Source: Podarcis erhardii (lineage: Eukaryota). From it: a DNA stretch of 64,000 nucleotides. Where the stretch lies: the NCBI GenBank assembly GCA_964252035.1, contig OZ176202.1. One strand, 5' to 3'. The notes beneath the pieces are model-generated. The model was not told the DNA's origin, did no database searches, and saw only the letters and a list, made by a program, of their open reading frames with translations. Below are positions 47,701 to 60,970 of this stretch, piece by piece. Position 1 is the first letter of the stretch. Each line of letters begins with the position of its first letter. The translations under genes and the position numbers were made by a program.

Positions 47701-50700
47701 GTTTGCACCTTTACCCCCTCTTCTCCCTTTCTGGGTGTGCCTCTGAGCTGGAGAAAAACTTTTGCTTGCTTTTTTTTTAAACAAACCACAGTTCCTCATT
47801 ATGTCTGAATTCATGGAACTGTGGATTGTTTGTTTAGTGAAAATAAGCCAGAATTAAATCATGATTGCAGATCCTTGTTTGTTCTAACAAATGTAAAACT
47901 TTAGTCAGGACATAACAGAGAACTGTGGTTAGTATAAAACTGATCTCCTGATGGGTGAAAAGGGGAAGTAAGCACAATGTTCACTGTGGTTTATTCATAA
48001 GTGAAGACCATTAAGACTGAATTAGGCCTATGTGTGTTCTAAATCATAATCCCAGAGCTGGTTCAAGCTTCTGCCTAAGGCAAAGGAAGAGATGGCACTC
48101 CCTATTCCATGTACAGAAGCTGGCTGGACTGGCATTTGAATTTTGCTTCAGTGTTGGTGATGGATTTACACCTGAGAGGCTAGCTTAGTGTGCAGGGCTC
48201 TGCCCTCCAACACCATGCTGCCAGTTTCAGAGTTGGCTGCTTCACTGTGCTCAGTGATAGAGCCAGTGCTGCACATTCACGGGTCAGCAGTAATCCACAC
48301 TTCTCACTACTTCCATCCTGGCCCATGGAGTAGCACTTTGTGCAGCATAGCAGCATGATGGATGCTGCAATGTCAGCAGAAGAGGTAGAGTCAGGTCATA
48401 AGAGAAGTGACAAATATCCCCCTAAACTGGGTATTTTATCTCAGTTGCATCCTCAGCAATGAAGAACACACATACATAGCCAGACCCTATTCATGTTTAC
48501 TTAGATGTCAGCTTACTCCCAACTAAATGCATGTAAGATTGCAGCCTATGAACATTTAGTAACTTTGCACAATTTCAAATTAAACCATGAAGAGCCCTAA
48601 CTAAAAACAGGATACAAGAAATAGAAACCTGACATGAGACTTTACTGTAATAGAGTGGAGAGAAACAGATAACAGTACATACAGGACAGAGTACGGTTGG
48701 GGAAAACCAAAGGCAAGTGGAAATTAATGAAGGGATTCAAGCATGGGCACAACATGAGCAAAAGGGGAAGGAGATAGATGTACCAGCAGCATTTCTGAAT
48801 TCTGCTGAAGAAGAACTTTGAAAAAGAAAGAGGAAGTTCTAGCCCCTTGAACAGGAAGCCTCCGAAACTTTTACTTATAGGAACATGTAGCAATGATTGT
48901 GCAAGATCAAGAAGCATATTCTGTGTGCAACATCATATACATGGAAGGCTAATGATCATAGCTTTACTGTGTTATAAAATTTGGTGACAGTGACCCCTCA
49001 GGCAAAATGCTGAGAGATTATTTAGCTCAACAACTACACAAAACCCATTTGTAATGTTGTGCAACACACACGACTAACAGTGTAACCAAACCTGAAATCT
49101 GAAACAGTGAAAAGGGAGGTAAATGCAACAGGTTTTCTTGAATTTCCATCCCTTGCTGAAGAGGTACTTTTCAGTTTGTTGTTGTTTTTTTAAATAAACT
49201 TGATTGATTTTCCTCTAAAGCCAAGCAACTAGTCCCTCTGAAAACTTTGAAGAAACCACCAGCTGCATGCATCATTCTTCCATGTGCACACAAATAACTT
49301 TGACTGAGCTGTGCAGTAGTTGAGTTTTTATAATGTGAAGTCTGTCAAGCATCCCCCCCATGTCGTGGGTGTGGGGCAAGAAAATACAAGTCCACAAAGA
49401 ACAAGCAAACACCAAGTTTATGATCCACTGCCTTAGATGACAGTCACATCGGTCACCAAGGGGCCAACAGAGATATAAAGTTACAGAAACCTGAAAATCA
49501 GTAGTGACAGCACAAAAGAATTTAAACCAAAAGGTTACTTAGCTCACCCTCACACTAAAAGAGAGGTTTTCTGCGATAACCATCAGCCATGACTACCCCA
49601 GTTCACATTACGGAATGTTATCCCAGTGCATCCAGTGGTCAGAATATTTTCATTTTGACGTCAATAAAAGCAATGCTATATGATAACAATGAGTAAATTA
49701 ATTGTAAGCCCATCCTTCCTTTTTTCAAATTGGAAAATTGGATCCATTCCATGTATCCCCCCAAACAAGTGAAAACAGATAGACAGACCATGGAATACTC
49801 TAGTCATGCAGCCCGGGCTGTATAAATTGATTGACCCTTATTGCATAACCCTCTCTAGTTATATTAACTTCAAAGTGATGAAGCACAGGAGGAATAAGAT
49901 ATATACCAATGACCCTTTCAGTGGAAGCCCTGCACACAGGCTTTTCACCTCCCCACAATTGGCTTGGGTTTGTGTGTGTCAGAAGAACCTTCAGAACAGT
50001 GCAGGGGGGTGGAATCATTCCATCTGGCAAACCTTCTGCTTGTGTAGATGGAACGTTTGTAATAGTGCACGTTTAATTCCACCCACAAACACTAAGAGCA
50101 TAAAGAAGAGCCCTGGTGAATTTCCTACCAATCAGCATCATCAGATAACCCTGGGTATTAGGAGGAAGGCTAGAAATACTTCTCTGTCTTCACACCATTA
50201 TATACCTCTATCATTTGCCCCCTTCTGTACCATTTCGTCAGATGTTGCAACCTTTCCACATAGGACAAATGTCTCCAGGCCCTTGAGCATTTCCGTTGCC
50301 CTTTTCAACTTCAGCAGCAGATGAAAGTGCTATGAATACGCCAGAAGAACAAGCTTTTCTAAAAATACACACACACACCACAGAATGCCTGTACCTTCCT
50401 GTATTTCATGACATTTTGGCCTCCCTCTTTTATAATTTTCCAGCTATAGCTGTATATGTAATACATGCATATATGCCAGTTATTATAACATCATCAATGC
50501 ACATGGTGCTTTACAGGGTACAAAAAGGGTCAGGTCCCTGCCCTGAGGAGTTTACAGTTACAGGAGCTTGCAAAACTGACAATGTTTCATGCATAGGACA
50601 GACAAAAGCTGGTCTTCAAAAGCTTATGCTGCAATAAAGAGTAGCCTTCAAAGGTGCTGCAAGACTCTGTTCCAGAATCAGTAACATGTCCACTGCTATA

Positions 50701-51949
50701 TACTACTAGAAGTTCAGTGAGGATTCAACCTAAATGATATTTTATGCAGCTGCAACAAGAATCCTGCAGTTCTTTATTTTACTGTCTAGCCTCACACTCT
50801 GTGCAAGCCAGAGCTTAACAAAAGTGCCAGGCAAACTTTCCACATAATGGAGCTTATGAAGCATATAAGAAGAGGCAGGCAAACAAAGAAAAGGATCAAG
50901 GGCAGGAACTATTCAGCATCATCCTTTGTTTCCGGATCTCATGTGGCTCAATCAATGGGGCTCCTGCAAGTTGAGCTCTTTGAGGACTGGAATCTTTCTA
51001 TTCACATTCAGATCTACCAGAGTATCCATACTGAGCTGATAATGAGAAAACATTCTAGAGAAGCTAGAAGTTGCAGGAAGGAATATTTCCCAGTGAATTA
51101 ATTTAAACAGATGTTCACCTTTGAACTTTCAAGAGGAGAAAATTCATGCACCTGCACACAGCTCAGTTATCCAGATGCAAAGCATGAAACAGGTGTTTTG
51201 CTTATTACTGTACAAGCCTTGCCATTCAAATATTGAAAGAAAACTTAAAACTGCACAATGTTTCAAGGACACATCACAAAGTTTTCCCCTCTCTCCCTGT
51301 TTGCACTCCCTTTCTTTTTATAATCTCTTCCACGCTTTTCAACTGCTCACAGGCTTAAAAGTTGTACTGATAACATCTGCACAACATTTGAAAAAGAGGA
51401 AACGAGAAACTAAGCACCTGCTGCTGACATAAAACAGTACAAAACTGTGCTGGGCCTGCCCCTTAGTAAAGTCACAATAACAGCCACCGGCAACGTATGA
51501 CTGAGGAGGAGTTTACAGAGGGGAAAGAGTGTGACAAACCAATTGAGTCTGAGCACTCTGGGGAAAGTCCAGTTCTTAAACGCTGCTTAAAAGATAAACG
51601 CCTTTGTATGTCGAGAGGGTACAATGAGAGGGCTCCGAAAGGGTGGGGAGAATGAAATAAAACGACTGCTGTTACAAGTGAGCTTCGCGTTGAATGCCAC
51701 ATTTAATGTGTGTCCCCCCCCCCTTCAAAGAACGATTTGTTCTGCAAACACATACTCCCAACCTCGGATCGCTCCTGGTGCTCATCTACTGTACTTTGAA
51801 TTTTGTTCATGCATTGTTAGGCTTGTGCAATTTAGGGAGGGAGGAGGTGCAGGGTTTGAAACGCACCGACAGAGCTAAACAATAACCCATGCTTTCATTC
51901 AAAGGGTTGGCTCCTTCCCCCAGGAGGACCACAATGATGCCCCCGTATA

Positions 51950-53207
51950 AGGGGGGGGGGACTCTCTCTCTCTCTGTGTGTGTGTATGGGTGGGTGGTAT
52001 TTCCCCTTTTTATTTCGTGTGCGGGAGGTGTGCGCTCATGTCCTCAGGTGCCATTTGCTTAGGCTTATACCTGTAATACAGTACTCTTTGAAGTCCTCCG
52101 CTTTGGAAGCCTCCAACGTGGACAAGCCGCCACACTCCAGCCCAGCCCAGCGACTTCTCCATCGGATTTCTTTCTGAAGAGCAGCGTTTTTTTCCCCGCT
52201 CCCAAACTCACCTGCAGGATCTTGTCCAGCCCTTCCTGGCCCAGGCAGGGGAAATCCTTGAGGAGTTGCGTTTTCTTGTCCTTGTAGCTCTGCGTCGCTT
52301 GCTTCCAGTAAGGCTGCTCCAAGACTTCGAAAATCGCTGCTCCGATGGACAGGTAGAAGATGATCGCGGACGTGAGCAGGGGACCCCTGTCGACCATGGC
52401 GGCGCCCAGTGGGGGACGCTCAGCGACAGCGAAAAGGAGAGGCGGCCGCCGGGATGTGCCTGGCGAGGGAAGCGGAGAGCAGACCTGAGCTCCCTCTGGA
52501 GAGAATGCGAGGGACTCTCGCGCGCTGCCTTGCCTTAGCCCGCCCGCCTGCCTCTGCTCCCCACCCCTTCCTCCTCCCCGAAGCCCCTCTTTTATTTGCC
52601 TCTCACTTCAGGCTGCTCTCCTCCCACCGTCTCCTCCTCCTCCTCGTCGCTTCCCCCCACCGAACCATCCGTTCTTCCGACGATCCTCCTTTCTCTGCCC
52701 GCGTCTCTTTCGCTGTTTGAATTTGGTGCCCTTCTGCTCCCCCACCTCCTCTCCACCAGCGGCGCATGCGGAGCCGTTACCGGTTGGCCGGTGGCGGCGG
52801 CGGCTCCGTTCTCCCGCCTCAGAGACGGAGGCAGCGGGGAAGCCTCATTCAGCCCGCCTGTGTCCCATGTGGCGCGCGGACTCCGTGTCCCGGCGCGTTC
52901 GGTGGCAGTGGCAGCAGCAGCAGCAGCGGAGGGAGGGCGCCGTGGTCGCCACGCCGCGTGCGGCAACAGCCGTCTCTTTCTCAGCTTCTCCCAGCCCGCG
53001 CTCGGCAGCCCGCTCTCTCAGCACGGAGTGGCCCCGGCCCGCCCTGAGAAAAGCTATTTAGGAGCCGAGCGCCCGCCCTGCGCGGTGCCAGCTCGTGGAA
53101 TGGTCAGAGCTAGCTGCTGCCACCGCCTGGGCGGGGCGAGCTGCGCTCCTCGGCAGTTAAGCGAGGTGCTTGCTTGCTCTTACGTTGACCTGGGTGGGAG
53201 CCTACGT

Positions 53208-53210
<3 letters not shown>
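51950..53210 (-). promoter_or_regulatory. KCNK5 CpG island, promoter and 5' UTR
   Basis: High GC and CpG density against an AT-rich background. GC box GGGCGGGGC (about 53129), TGACGT CRE-like site (about 53203), TAAATA (about 53056-61), NRF1-like GCGCATGCG (52762-52770). The TSS is not determined. Confidence 0.8.
52212..52397 (-). CDS. KCNK5: KCNK5 exon 1 (start, TM1, cap helix with C51)
   Basis: Perfect Kozak GCCGCCATGG; MVDRGPLLTSAIIFYLSIGAAIFEVLEQPYWKQ...FPCLGQEGLDKILQ; 186 nt followed by a GTGAGT donor. The five exons sum to 1452 nt (483 aa plus stop). Confidence 0.98.

Positions 53211-53260
<50 letters not shown>
53211..53260. repeat. (GT)n microsatellite at the edge of the promoter
   Basis: About 25 perfect GT units. 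Confidence 0.97.
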
Positions 53261-53261
<1 letters not shown>

Positions 53262-54076
53262 TGTCTGTCGTCTGTCTGTCTCTTTCACTCTCATATTCCC
53301 GCCCTCCGAGGGCTGAAGGAAGGCTCAGCACTGGTTTAAAAAAAAAAGAAAAAAGTGGATTTAAAAGTTCAAAAGAGTAGGCACGTTCGTTATCTCAGAT
53401 AAAATGATCACTCTGGAGCTGAAGCTCATCTGTATGCTTGGAAAAGGAATAATGATGATGAAGAAAATAAAATAAAATAAATTTGTGTAACATCCTTTAT
53501 TCACAGATAAAAATACAAGATTAAAACACAAAAAGTAGTGGGCAGGCCTGGTTCCCTTGGCAGCAGTGCATTTTGGTGGGGGCCTCCATGCTGCACCCCA
53601 GTCCTTGCCCCACCACCAAATGACAGAGGGCTATCTATCTCCCTCCCTTTCTTTCCCCCTTTCCTCTCAAGGAGCTCAGGGCAGTGTACATGGTTCTCCC
53701 TTCCTCACTTTATCCTCCCCACAACCCTGTGAGGTACGGTAGGTGAGGCTGGGAGGCCGTGGCCAGTTTAAGGTCACCCAGTGAGCTAATGCTGGTCACC
53801 CAGATCAGAGTCCATTGCTAACCACTGCACTATGCTGGCTGCCAAATAAGAATGGTGGGTGGGATTGCCTTCCTCTAAGCATGAGTGGATTGACTTTGCC
53901 CTGGTTCAGCTTCCCAAAGAGAGAGTCCAATCACCTATGGCTGCTCGCTCATCCTCTGTCTCTAGAGGGTGGGTGACAGGCATGTTGCATCAGTGCAACT
54001 GATACCCAAAGATTCTGCTTCCCCAGCATCTCTTACAAATTCAATGGTGGCTGGTGCTCATTATTGAGACTGGTGC

Positions 54077-54198
54077 CATGGGTGTAGTCAGGATTTATGT
54101 TAAGGGGGGCAGAATCTCAGTTAGTTAAGTATTTTTATTGATTTACCCATTTCAGGGGGGCAACTGCCCCCCTGCCCCCTCCCTTGGCTACGCTCATG
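54077..54198. mobile_element. Short hAT-type MITE
   Basis: TIR CATGGGTGTAGTCA / TGGCTACGCTCATG; 8-bp TSD ACTGGTGC / ACTGGTGG. Confidence 0.8.
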
Positions 54199-55516
54199 AC
54201 TGGTGGGATAGAAGCCAGGGGTGCCAGCAGGAGGTTGAGCTAGAACCAATGACAGGCAGAAACAACTGGTCCCCAGTTTTGTCCCCAACCTCCTCCTTGG
54301 TGACTTCTAAAATTTCAACACTGGGATGAAGGAGGGGGAAGCTGTCAGTCAGTGTCACCCCCCTAGACTGGGTGGCAGTACAGTTGTGGCAGAAAACTCT
54401 CAGGTCCACACACAGCTTCCCAAGTGTCCCTAGAAAGATTGGCAGCCCAAGCGTGCTTTGGCAGTTGAGTCAGTGCTGAAGCAACAGAAGGCTACAATCC
54501 TATTCACACTTAACATGTTAGCAAGTCCCATAAATTTAGTTATTTGTACCCTTTGGGGGAGCTTTGAGGTTGGCTTATTTTAGCCTCAGGACTCTGTGAT
54601 GGCATATTTTCCAAGGCTACCCAGTGAGCTTCATAGATGGCACAGATTTGAACCCAGATGGTCTTGTTCCAAATTCAGCACTTCTGCGTAAATACAAATT
54701 AGAACAGCATGTAAGTATATCTTTAGCATGTCTGGATGGTAACCTGAATGTGTTAAGAGATAATGGGTAGAAAATGAGCCTTCAAATCACAGTATCTATA
54801 GTCCAACACAGTTTTGTTTCTTGGTCTAAAATCTCTCACACAAATTATTTTTGTCCCCCTCCCACAGGTCATAATAAAAATAACAAGCATATCTAGAGTA
54901 ATATTTTCTCACTTAACATTTGGAGGTAAGCATATTTTCTCAAAGAACAAAACATGCTTGCTTTTTCTACCTCCGTTTTTCAGAGGGTGATCATATTAGT
55001 TTGTAGCAGCAAAACTAACTGAGTCTTGTGGCACTTTTAAGGGCTAACCAGTTTTATTATGGCAAAAGCTTCCATGGACTAGAGACCACTTCATCCGATG
55101 TATCATGAAATGCATCTCTTTAACCTCAATGACTACAGTTCAGGTTTGGTGGGTAGTCCGCCCCCCCTCCCCCAGGCATGGGCTCAGTCCTGTCAATGAT
55201 TTCCCCACACTTACTTTGTAAATGTTTTACTAGGTACACCCTGGGTGGAAAGTAAAAGATTAGCATTCTCATCCCAATATGTGAGGTCTCACACATTTAA
55301 GGATAAAAGAAAGTTATAAAGAGTTGCAGGCATTACTGCTTCTCACCATCACAGACAGCTTCATGTTTACCTTTGGAAGTCAGCTGTGTCCTGCTGGTCC
55401 TCATTGTGGAGATACAGCTGTTAAAGTCACAAGAACAATATTTCCCCATTGTCATCCCTAAAGCAAGACCTAGGCTCCCATCCTATACCAATTTACCTGG
55501 GAGTATGCCCCATTAA

Positions 55517-55855
55517 GGGACACAGGTGGCACTGTGGGTTAAACCACAGAGCCTAGGACTTGCCGATCAGAAGGTCGGTGGTTTGAATCCCCGCGACGGG
55601 GTAAGCTCCCGTTGCTTGGTCTCTGCTCCTGCGAACCTAGCAGTTCGAAAGCACGTCAAAGTGCAAGTAGATAAATAGGTACTGCTCTGGCGGGAAGGTA
55701 AACAGCGTTTCCGTGTGCTGCTCTGGTTCACCAGAAGCGGCTTAGTCATGCTGGCTGTACGCCGGCTCCCTCGGCCAGTAAAGCGAGATGAGCACCGCAC
55801 CCCCAGAGTCGGCCACGACTGGACCTAATGGTCAGGGGTCCCTTTACCTTTACCT
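55517..55855 (+). mobile_element. Sauria SINE (lacertid type)
   Basis: tRNA-like head, (TTTACC)n tail, exact 13-bp TSD TATGCCCCATTAA at 55504-55516 and 55856-55868. Confidence 0.93.
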
Positions 55856-57230
55856 TATGCCCCATTAAACACAGACTTACTTCTGAAATACACATTTATA
55901 GTATGTGGCTAAGCTGTTTTGCAAAGTTTTTACTTTTTGCATTTGCCATTTGAGGAGGTGATTGTTTAACACCCACCACACTTTATTGTGTAGTAGTATT
56001 TGCTGAAAACAACTTCTTTGGAGCACAGTACCTGATCCCAGACAAAATCACCACAGGAAGGATGCATTTTGGTTGCTAGGGGGGGAAGATGGAATTACAG
56101 AGATTCCATGGACTACTAGAATATAAGACAGAAGCAGGGCAAGTGCACTAAAATGGAGGGGGGAAAGTCTTTAGGACCCCAGGGATTCCTGTCCCCCAGT
56201 GTCCAAACAAATCAATTATCAATCAGCCATTTAACTTCACTCACTGGAAAAACACTGACAGGCATGACCAGCCAGGATGACTCATTTCATAGGCATTGCT
56301 TAGAAGGGTATCTGCACATTTTGATTCATAACTTTCTTTCCCCTGCTTGTGGGCAACAGTGAAGAGTTTCATGGCTGCATGGACCCAATGGAACTGGGAC
56401 TACTGCTGTAGAAAATACTGATCTGGATGAACTAATGATCTGACTTGGTATAAAACAGTTCTCTTCTTCTTTTTCTAATGGGACTTATTCCCATGTGCAT
56501 GAGATAGAAGCCTCAGTCAGAAACTGACAAGTAGCATGGGAAAATATTTTCATTTTCTTTGAACTATTCTTTTGTCTGTATGTTTGTCTGCATTCATTGT
56601 AAGGGACCGCCTCATAAATACTGGCATTGCATGTAGAACATTGTGCATACTTAATAGTGTGCAAGTGAGAAACTCTTGGTGGTGGTTTTCTGTGACACAT
56701 TTAGAAACCAGCCTTTATCCACAGTTTACATAAGAACTAAAGTACAAAGCAGACAGCGCAGAAGGATCTTGCAAAATGATATCACCAGGAAATAAATTGA
56801 CTGATGAAATCAGTACTGATAACCATAAAGTAATGCAACAACTACTGAAAAACAATTCTAGCTAGAGTGTTAGGCTTACATTAGCGGTTAGCCAGTCAGG
56901 AATAAAGTGGATGTAAGTGAGATTGTTCACTCACTACAGAAGCAAGAGGGACCTAACATGCCTGGAATATGCTTTCCTGCACAGATCCTTATCTGGATGA
57001 GACGTTTGCTTTTTATTTTAGTGCAACCAATGTGCCAGTTTATGGAGTAACAGACAAAAAGGCAGGTCCTTTTCCCAAGGAGTTTCTGGTTTCACACAGG
57101 TGAGCAAGAAGGTGGCAAAGGTAAACAGGAAAACAATATGTATTCAGATGAGTTATTCACACATTAGATTCAGTAGGGCATCACAATGAAAATTGTGCTG
57201 AAGACTTGGAAAAGGCTCTGCAGAAGGATT

Positions 57231-57231
<1 letters not shown>

Positions 57232-57271
<40 letters not shown>

Positions 57272-57940
57272 TTATTTATACCCCGCCCATCTGGCTGGGC
57301 TTCCAACAAAATATTAAATTGCAGTAATACCTCAAACATTAAAAGCTTCCCTAAACAGGGCTGCCTTCATATGTCTTCTAAAAGTCTGGTAGTTGTTCTC
57401 TTTGACATGTGGTGGGAGGGTGTTCCACAGGGCAGGAGTCACTACCAAGAAGGCCCTCTACCTGGTTCCCTGTAACTTGGCTTCTCGCAGTGAGGGAACC
57501 GCCAGAAGGCCCTTGGAGCTGGACCTCAGTGTCTGGGTAGAACGATGGAGGTGGTGATGCTCCTTCAGCCATTTAGGGCTTTAAAGGTGAGCACCAACAC
57601 TTTGAATTGTGCTCGGAAACGTACTGAGAGCCAATGTAGGTCTTTCAAGACTGGTGTTATGTGGTCTCGGCAGCCGCCCCCAGTCACCAGTCTAGCTGCT
57701 GCATTCTGGATTAGTTGTAGTTTCTGGGACACTTTCAAAGGTAGCCCCACAAAGAGCACATTGCAGTAGTCCAAGCGAGAGACAACTAAAGCATGCACCA
57801 CTCTGGCGAGACAGTCCGTGGGCAGATAGGTTCTCAGCCTGAGTACCAGATGGAGCTGGTAAACAGCTGCTCTGGACACAGAATTGACCTGTGCCTCCAT
57901 GGACAGCTGCGAGTCTAAAATGACTCCCAGGTTGCGCACC
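57232..57940 (-). mobile_element. L2-clade LINE 3' fragment, same family as 32679-34062
   Basis: VRNLGVILDSQLSMEAQVNSVSRAAVYQLHLV... nearly identical to the intronic copy; (AAT)n tail at 57232-57271. Confidence 0.92.
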
Positions 57941-57944
57941 TAAG

Positions 57945-58420
57945 GTAAGCGAGAAGCAGTTTCACATAGGGGTGTTAGGAAGTGTTCCAGGCATAAGCAG
58001 GGAAGGGAAAGAAGAAAGACTTGAGTCAAGTGAAAAGAAGAACTTGAATTGGTGGAGGGGTGGAGCTGGAGACATTCCTGGAAACAAACACATTCTGCCA
58101 TAGACAGCTGTCCTATATCTCTTCCTGCCACCAAGACGTAGCAAAACAAAACATTTGATGTACATTTTGATGATCAGAATTCCTCTCCACTTGCATGCAG
58201 CAACCAATGTAGTGGACAATTGCCTAGTAAAAAAAGAAAGAAAAGAATGTCAGTAAGAATGTTGTCCTAACAAAGCAAATATTTTTGATTGCCTTTATTG
58301 AAATGTTGAAGACCAAAACCACCAGCTGATATATTTCTTTTCTTCTTGAACAACTGTTAACCTCTGTTTTCCCTTTGTCGGTATGTTTTGTTAATTGAGA
58401 TTAAAAATCAATAAAAAATA
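57945..58420 (+). mobile_element. Possible degraded L1-like 3' fragment
   Basis: Purine-rich remnant followed by a T-rich UTR and AATAAA with an A-rich end; assignment is weak. Confidence 0.3.
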
Positions 58421-58544
58421 TTTATTTTGAAATTATATTGATTTTTTAAATTAAAATTAAAAAATGATGTTTTAGCAGTGTACACTACCTTGATATTTTA
58501 TCAAGGCATAGAAAAATTTCTATAAATAAATAAAATAATAAGTG

Positions 58545-58693
58545 GTGGATATGATCCAAAGTGTTCTCAAAGCTACCAGCATGAGTTTGACCAAACTGCA
58601 GGAGGCAGTGGAAGACAGAAGTGCCTGGCGTGCTCTGGTCCATGGGGTCACGAAGAGTTGGACACAACTAAACGACTAAACAACAACAACAAC
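58545..58693 (+). mobile_element. BovB 3' end
   Basis: Same 3' terminal sequence as 10150-10285, with a (CAA)n tail. Confidence 0.88.
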
Positions 58694-58916
58694 AAAATGA
58701 TCCAAAACTACAGTTAATTTTATTTATCCTTGGTGGAATTATGATAAGGTAAGATATATTGGAAGGAAGCTGTTTTTGTGATTAGTGCAGTGATTGGGTA
58801 TGACTTTTCATTTAATCAATCGCTAGGGTATTGGAAATACTTTCTGTGTCAGGAGCATTATGATTTGTGGTAGAATTTTTAACTGCAGTTAAAATCTTAA
58901 TAGTTCCTAAATTGCA

Positions 58917-59640
58917 TGATTCAAATACAAGATGGGTGACACCTGGCTTGAGAGCAGTACATGTGAAAAGGATCTAGGAGTCTTGGTTGACCACAAACTT
59001 GACATGAGCCAACAGTGTGACGCGGCAGCTAAAAAAGCCAATGCAATTCTGGGCTGCATCAATAGGAGTATTGCATCTAGATCAAGGGAAGTAATAGTGC
59101 CACTGTATTCTGCTCTGGTCAGACCTCACCTGGAGTACTGTGTCCAGTTCTGGGCACCACAGTTCAAGAAGGACACTGACAAACTGGAACGTGTCCAGAG
59201 GAGGGCAACCAAAATGGTCAAAGGCCTGGAAACGATGCCTTATGAAGAACGGCTAAGGGAGCTGGGCATGTTTAGCCTGGAGAAGAGGAGGTTAAGGGGT
59301 GATATGATAGCCATGTTCAAATATATAAAATAATGTCACATAGAGGAGGGAGAAAGGTTGTTTTCTGCTGCTCCAGAGAAGCGGACACGGAGCAATGGTT
59401 CCAAACTACAAGAAAGAAGATTCCACCTAAACATTAGGAAGAACCTCCTGACAGTAAGAGCTGTTCGACAGTGGAATTTGCTGCCAAGGAGTGTGGTGGA
59501 GTCTCCTTCTTTGGAGGTCTTTAAGCAGAGGCTTGACAACCATATGTCAGGAGTGCTCTGATGGTGTTTCCTGCTTGGCAGGGGGTTGGACTCGATGGCC
59601 CTTGTGGTCTCTTCCAACTCTATGATTCTATGATTCTATG
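58917..59640 (+). mobile_element. CR1 LINE 3' fragment
   Basis: [32 protein letters not shown]...[17 protein letters not shown]; characteristic (ATTCTATG)n tail. Confidence 0.94.
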
Positions 59641-60343
59641 AAACCCACCAACTTAGAGAATGGGTTTCAAAGACTTGTGACTTTGCCTTAATGGCTACAT
59701 TGCCTAAATATGTCCACCCATGTGATTGTAAATGTTGATGTGAGCCAAACTAAATTGACAGAATATTGAACAGAGAAACCACAACGTTTCTTGTATTTTT
59801 GTGGAGTTTGGGGCTTTATTTTGTGTAGATTATCTTAGTGTATTTGAACTTCCAGTATTTCACAATTATTAACACATTTCATCACAAGATATAAAACTTT
59901 CATTACGCACTGAGGAAAAGGTATTAGGGTGCGCCCACTTACTTCATTGTGAGTATTCCGAAATAGCTGGGTTGTGGATTGCATAAAACTTCCATATCCT
60001 TAACACTTGACATTGGCTTTCCCATGACCTTTATGACTCAGCCCACATTGGAATTGGTTGTTCCTACCCATCCGGAAGTTTCGAGGATGGAAGAAATAAA
60101 CTGTTATAGGTGTGCTCTTCCTGAAGATGGGCATTAACCGAGACTGTTGGCATTTGAACAAAATCTGCACTACAAAACATGAAGACCCTTTCTTCTGTGC
60201 TAAAACATTACTAGCCATAGCACAACCTTTGAATTTTAGGGTGTTTTTTTTAAGCTTATAACCCAGGATAGCAGCAGCTCTTGAAAAACAACAACTATAA
60301 TTTTAGTGGGCAAAAAATATTTTTAGTTTTTTAAAATATGCCT

Positions 60344-60970
60344 TGTAATTGGTTTTACAGAAGACAAGACGGAATGAAGTGGCTGGATGGGTAGGAAGCA
60401 CCAGCTGGGAAACCCCCAAGGGAACCCCCTAGTAAGAAGGGTCAGAGCCAGGGGATTGGTGGCAGGACAACAATGCGTAGTTAGAGGAAGAAGAGGAAGC
60501 AGACTGGGAGGAGGAAGTGTTGAAAGCTGAAGAGGCAACAGGGTTAGTGAGTAGGAAGAGCCTGGGGCAGAGAGCAGTTCAGGCTCAGAAGTAGAAGAGG
60601 AGGCTGGAGAGGAGACAGACCAAGAGGCAGAGATGAGGCAGGCTGCTGAAGAATCCAGGGGGTCTCCCCCTCCTGCTGTGACCAGCTCCCCTCCTTGCTG
60701 GTCTCCCAGAACACACAGAGATATGAAGAGGGTAGAGTAATAAGATACAAGGTGACAGAGCCTTGGACTACTGGGGAAAGAACTGGGGGAGGAGCCTTAT
60801 AAAGTGGCAGCTGCCTTCAGACCTCGCAACTGCCTCAGTGGGGCAAAACCTACTGGGAAGAGTAGCTGTGATCACTAGGCCTGCACTGTTTTGGTTTCTT
60901 TGAATAAAGAGTTAACTTCACTAATGGCATGTTTTTATTGCTGACCTACTCCTGACTCTGGTTCCTGACA
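60344..60970 (+). mobile_element. Probable solo LTR (Gypsy-like)
   Basis: Purine-rich U3-like body, TTATAAA at about 60797, AATAAA at 60903-60908, ends CCTGACA. The 5' boundary and TSD are uncertain. Confidence 0.55.

Noticed and set aside
48640-48920. Minus-strand 91-aa ORF
   Set aside because: Likely a degraded L1-like 3' remnant; too weak to call and not a gene.
49560-50350. 172-aa plus-strand ORF at 49806-50324
   Set aside because: No convincing protein motif; possibly a very decayed LINE RT remnant, but I cannot support that by eye.
52065-52211. KCNK5 exon 1 frame continuing 48 codons into intron 1
   Set aside because: A strong GTGAGT donor sits at the conserved position and the extension has no channel similarity.
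52409-53339. Cluster of overlapping ORFs up to 247 aa
   Set aside because: Stop-codon scarcity in the GC-rich CpG island and the (GT)n repeat; no protein motifs.
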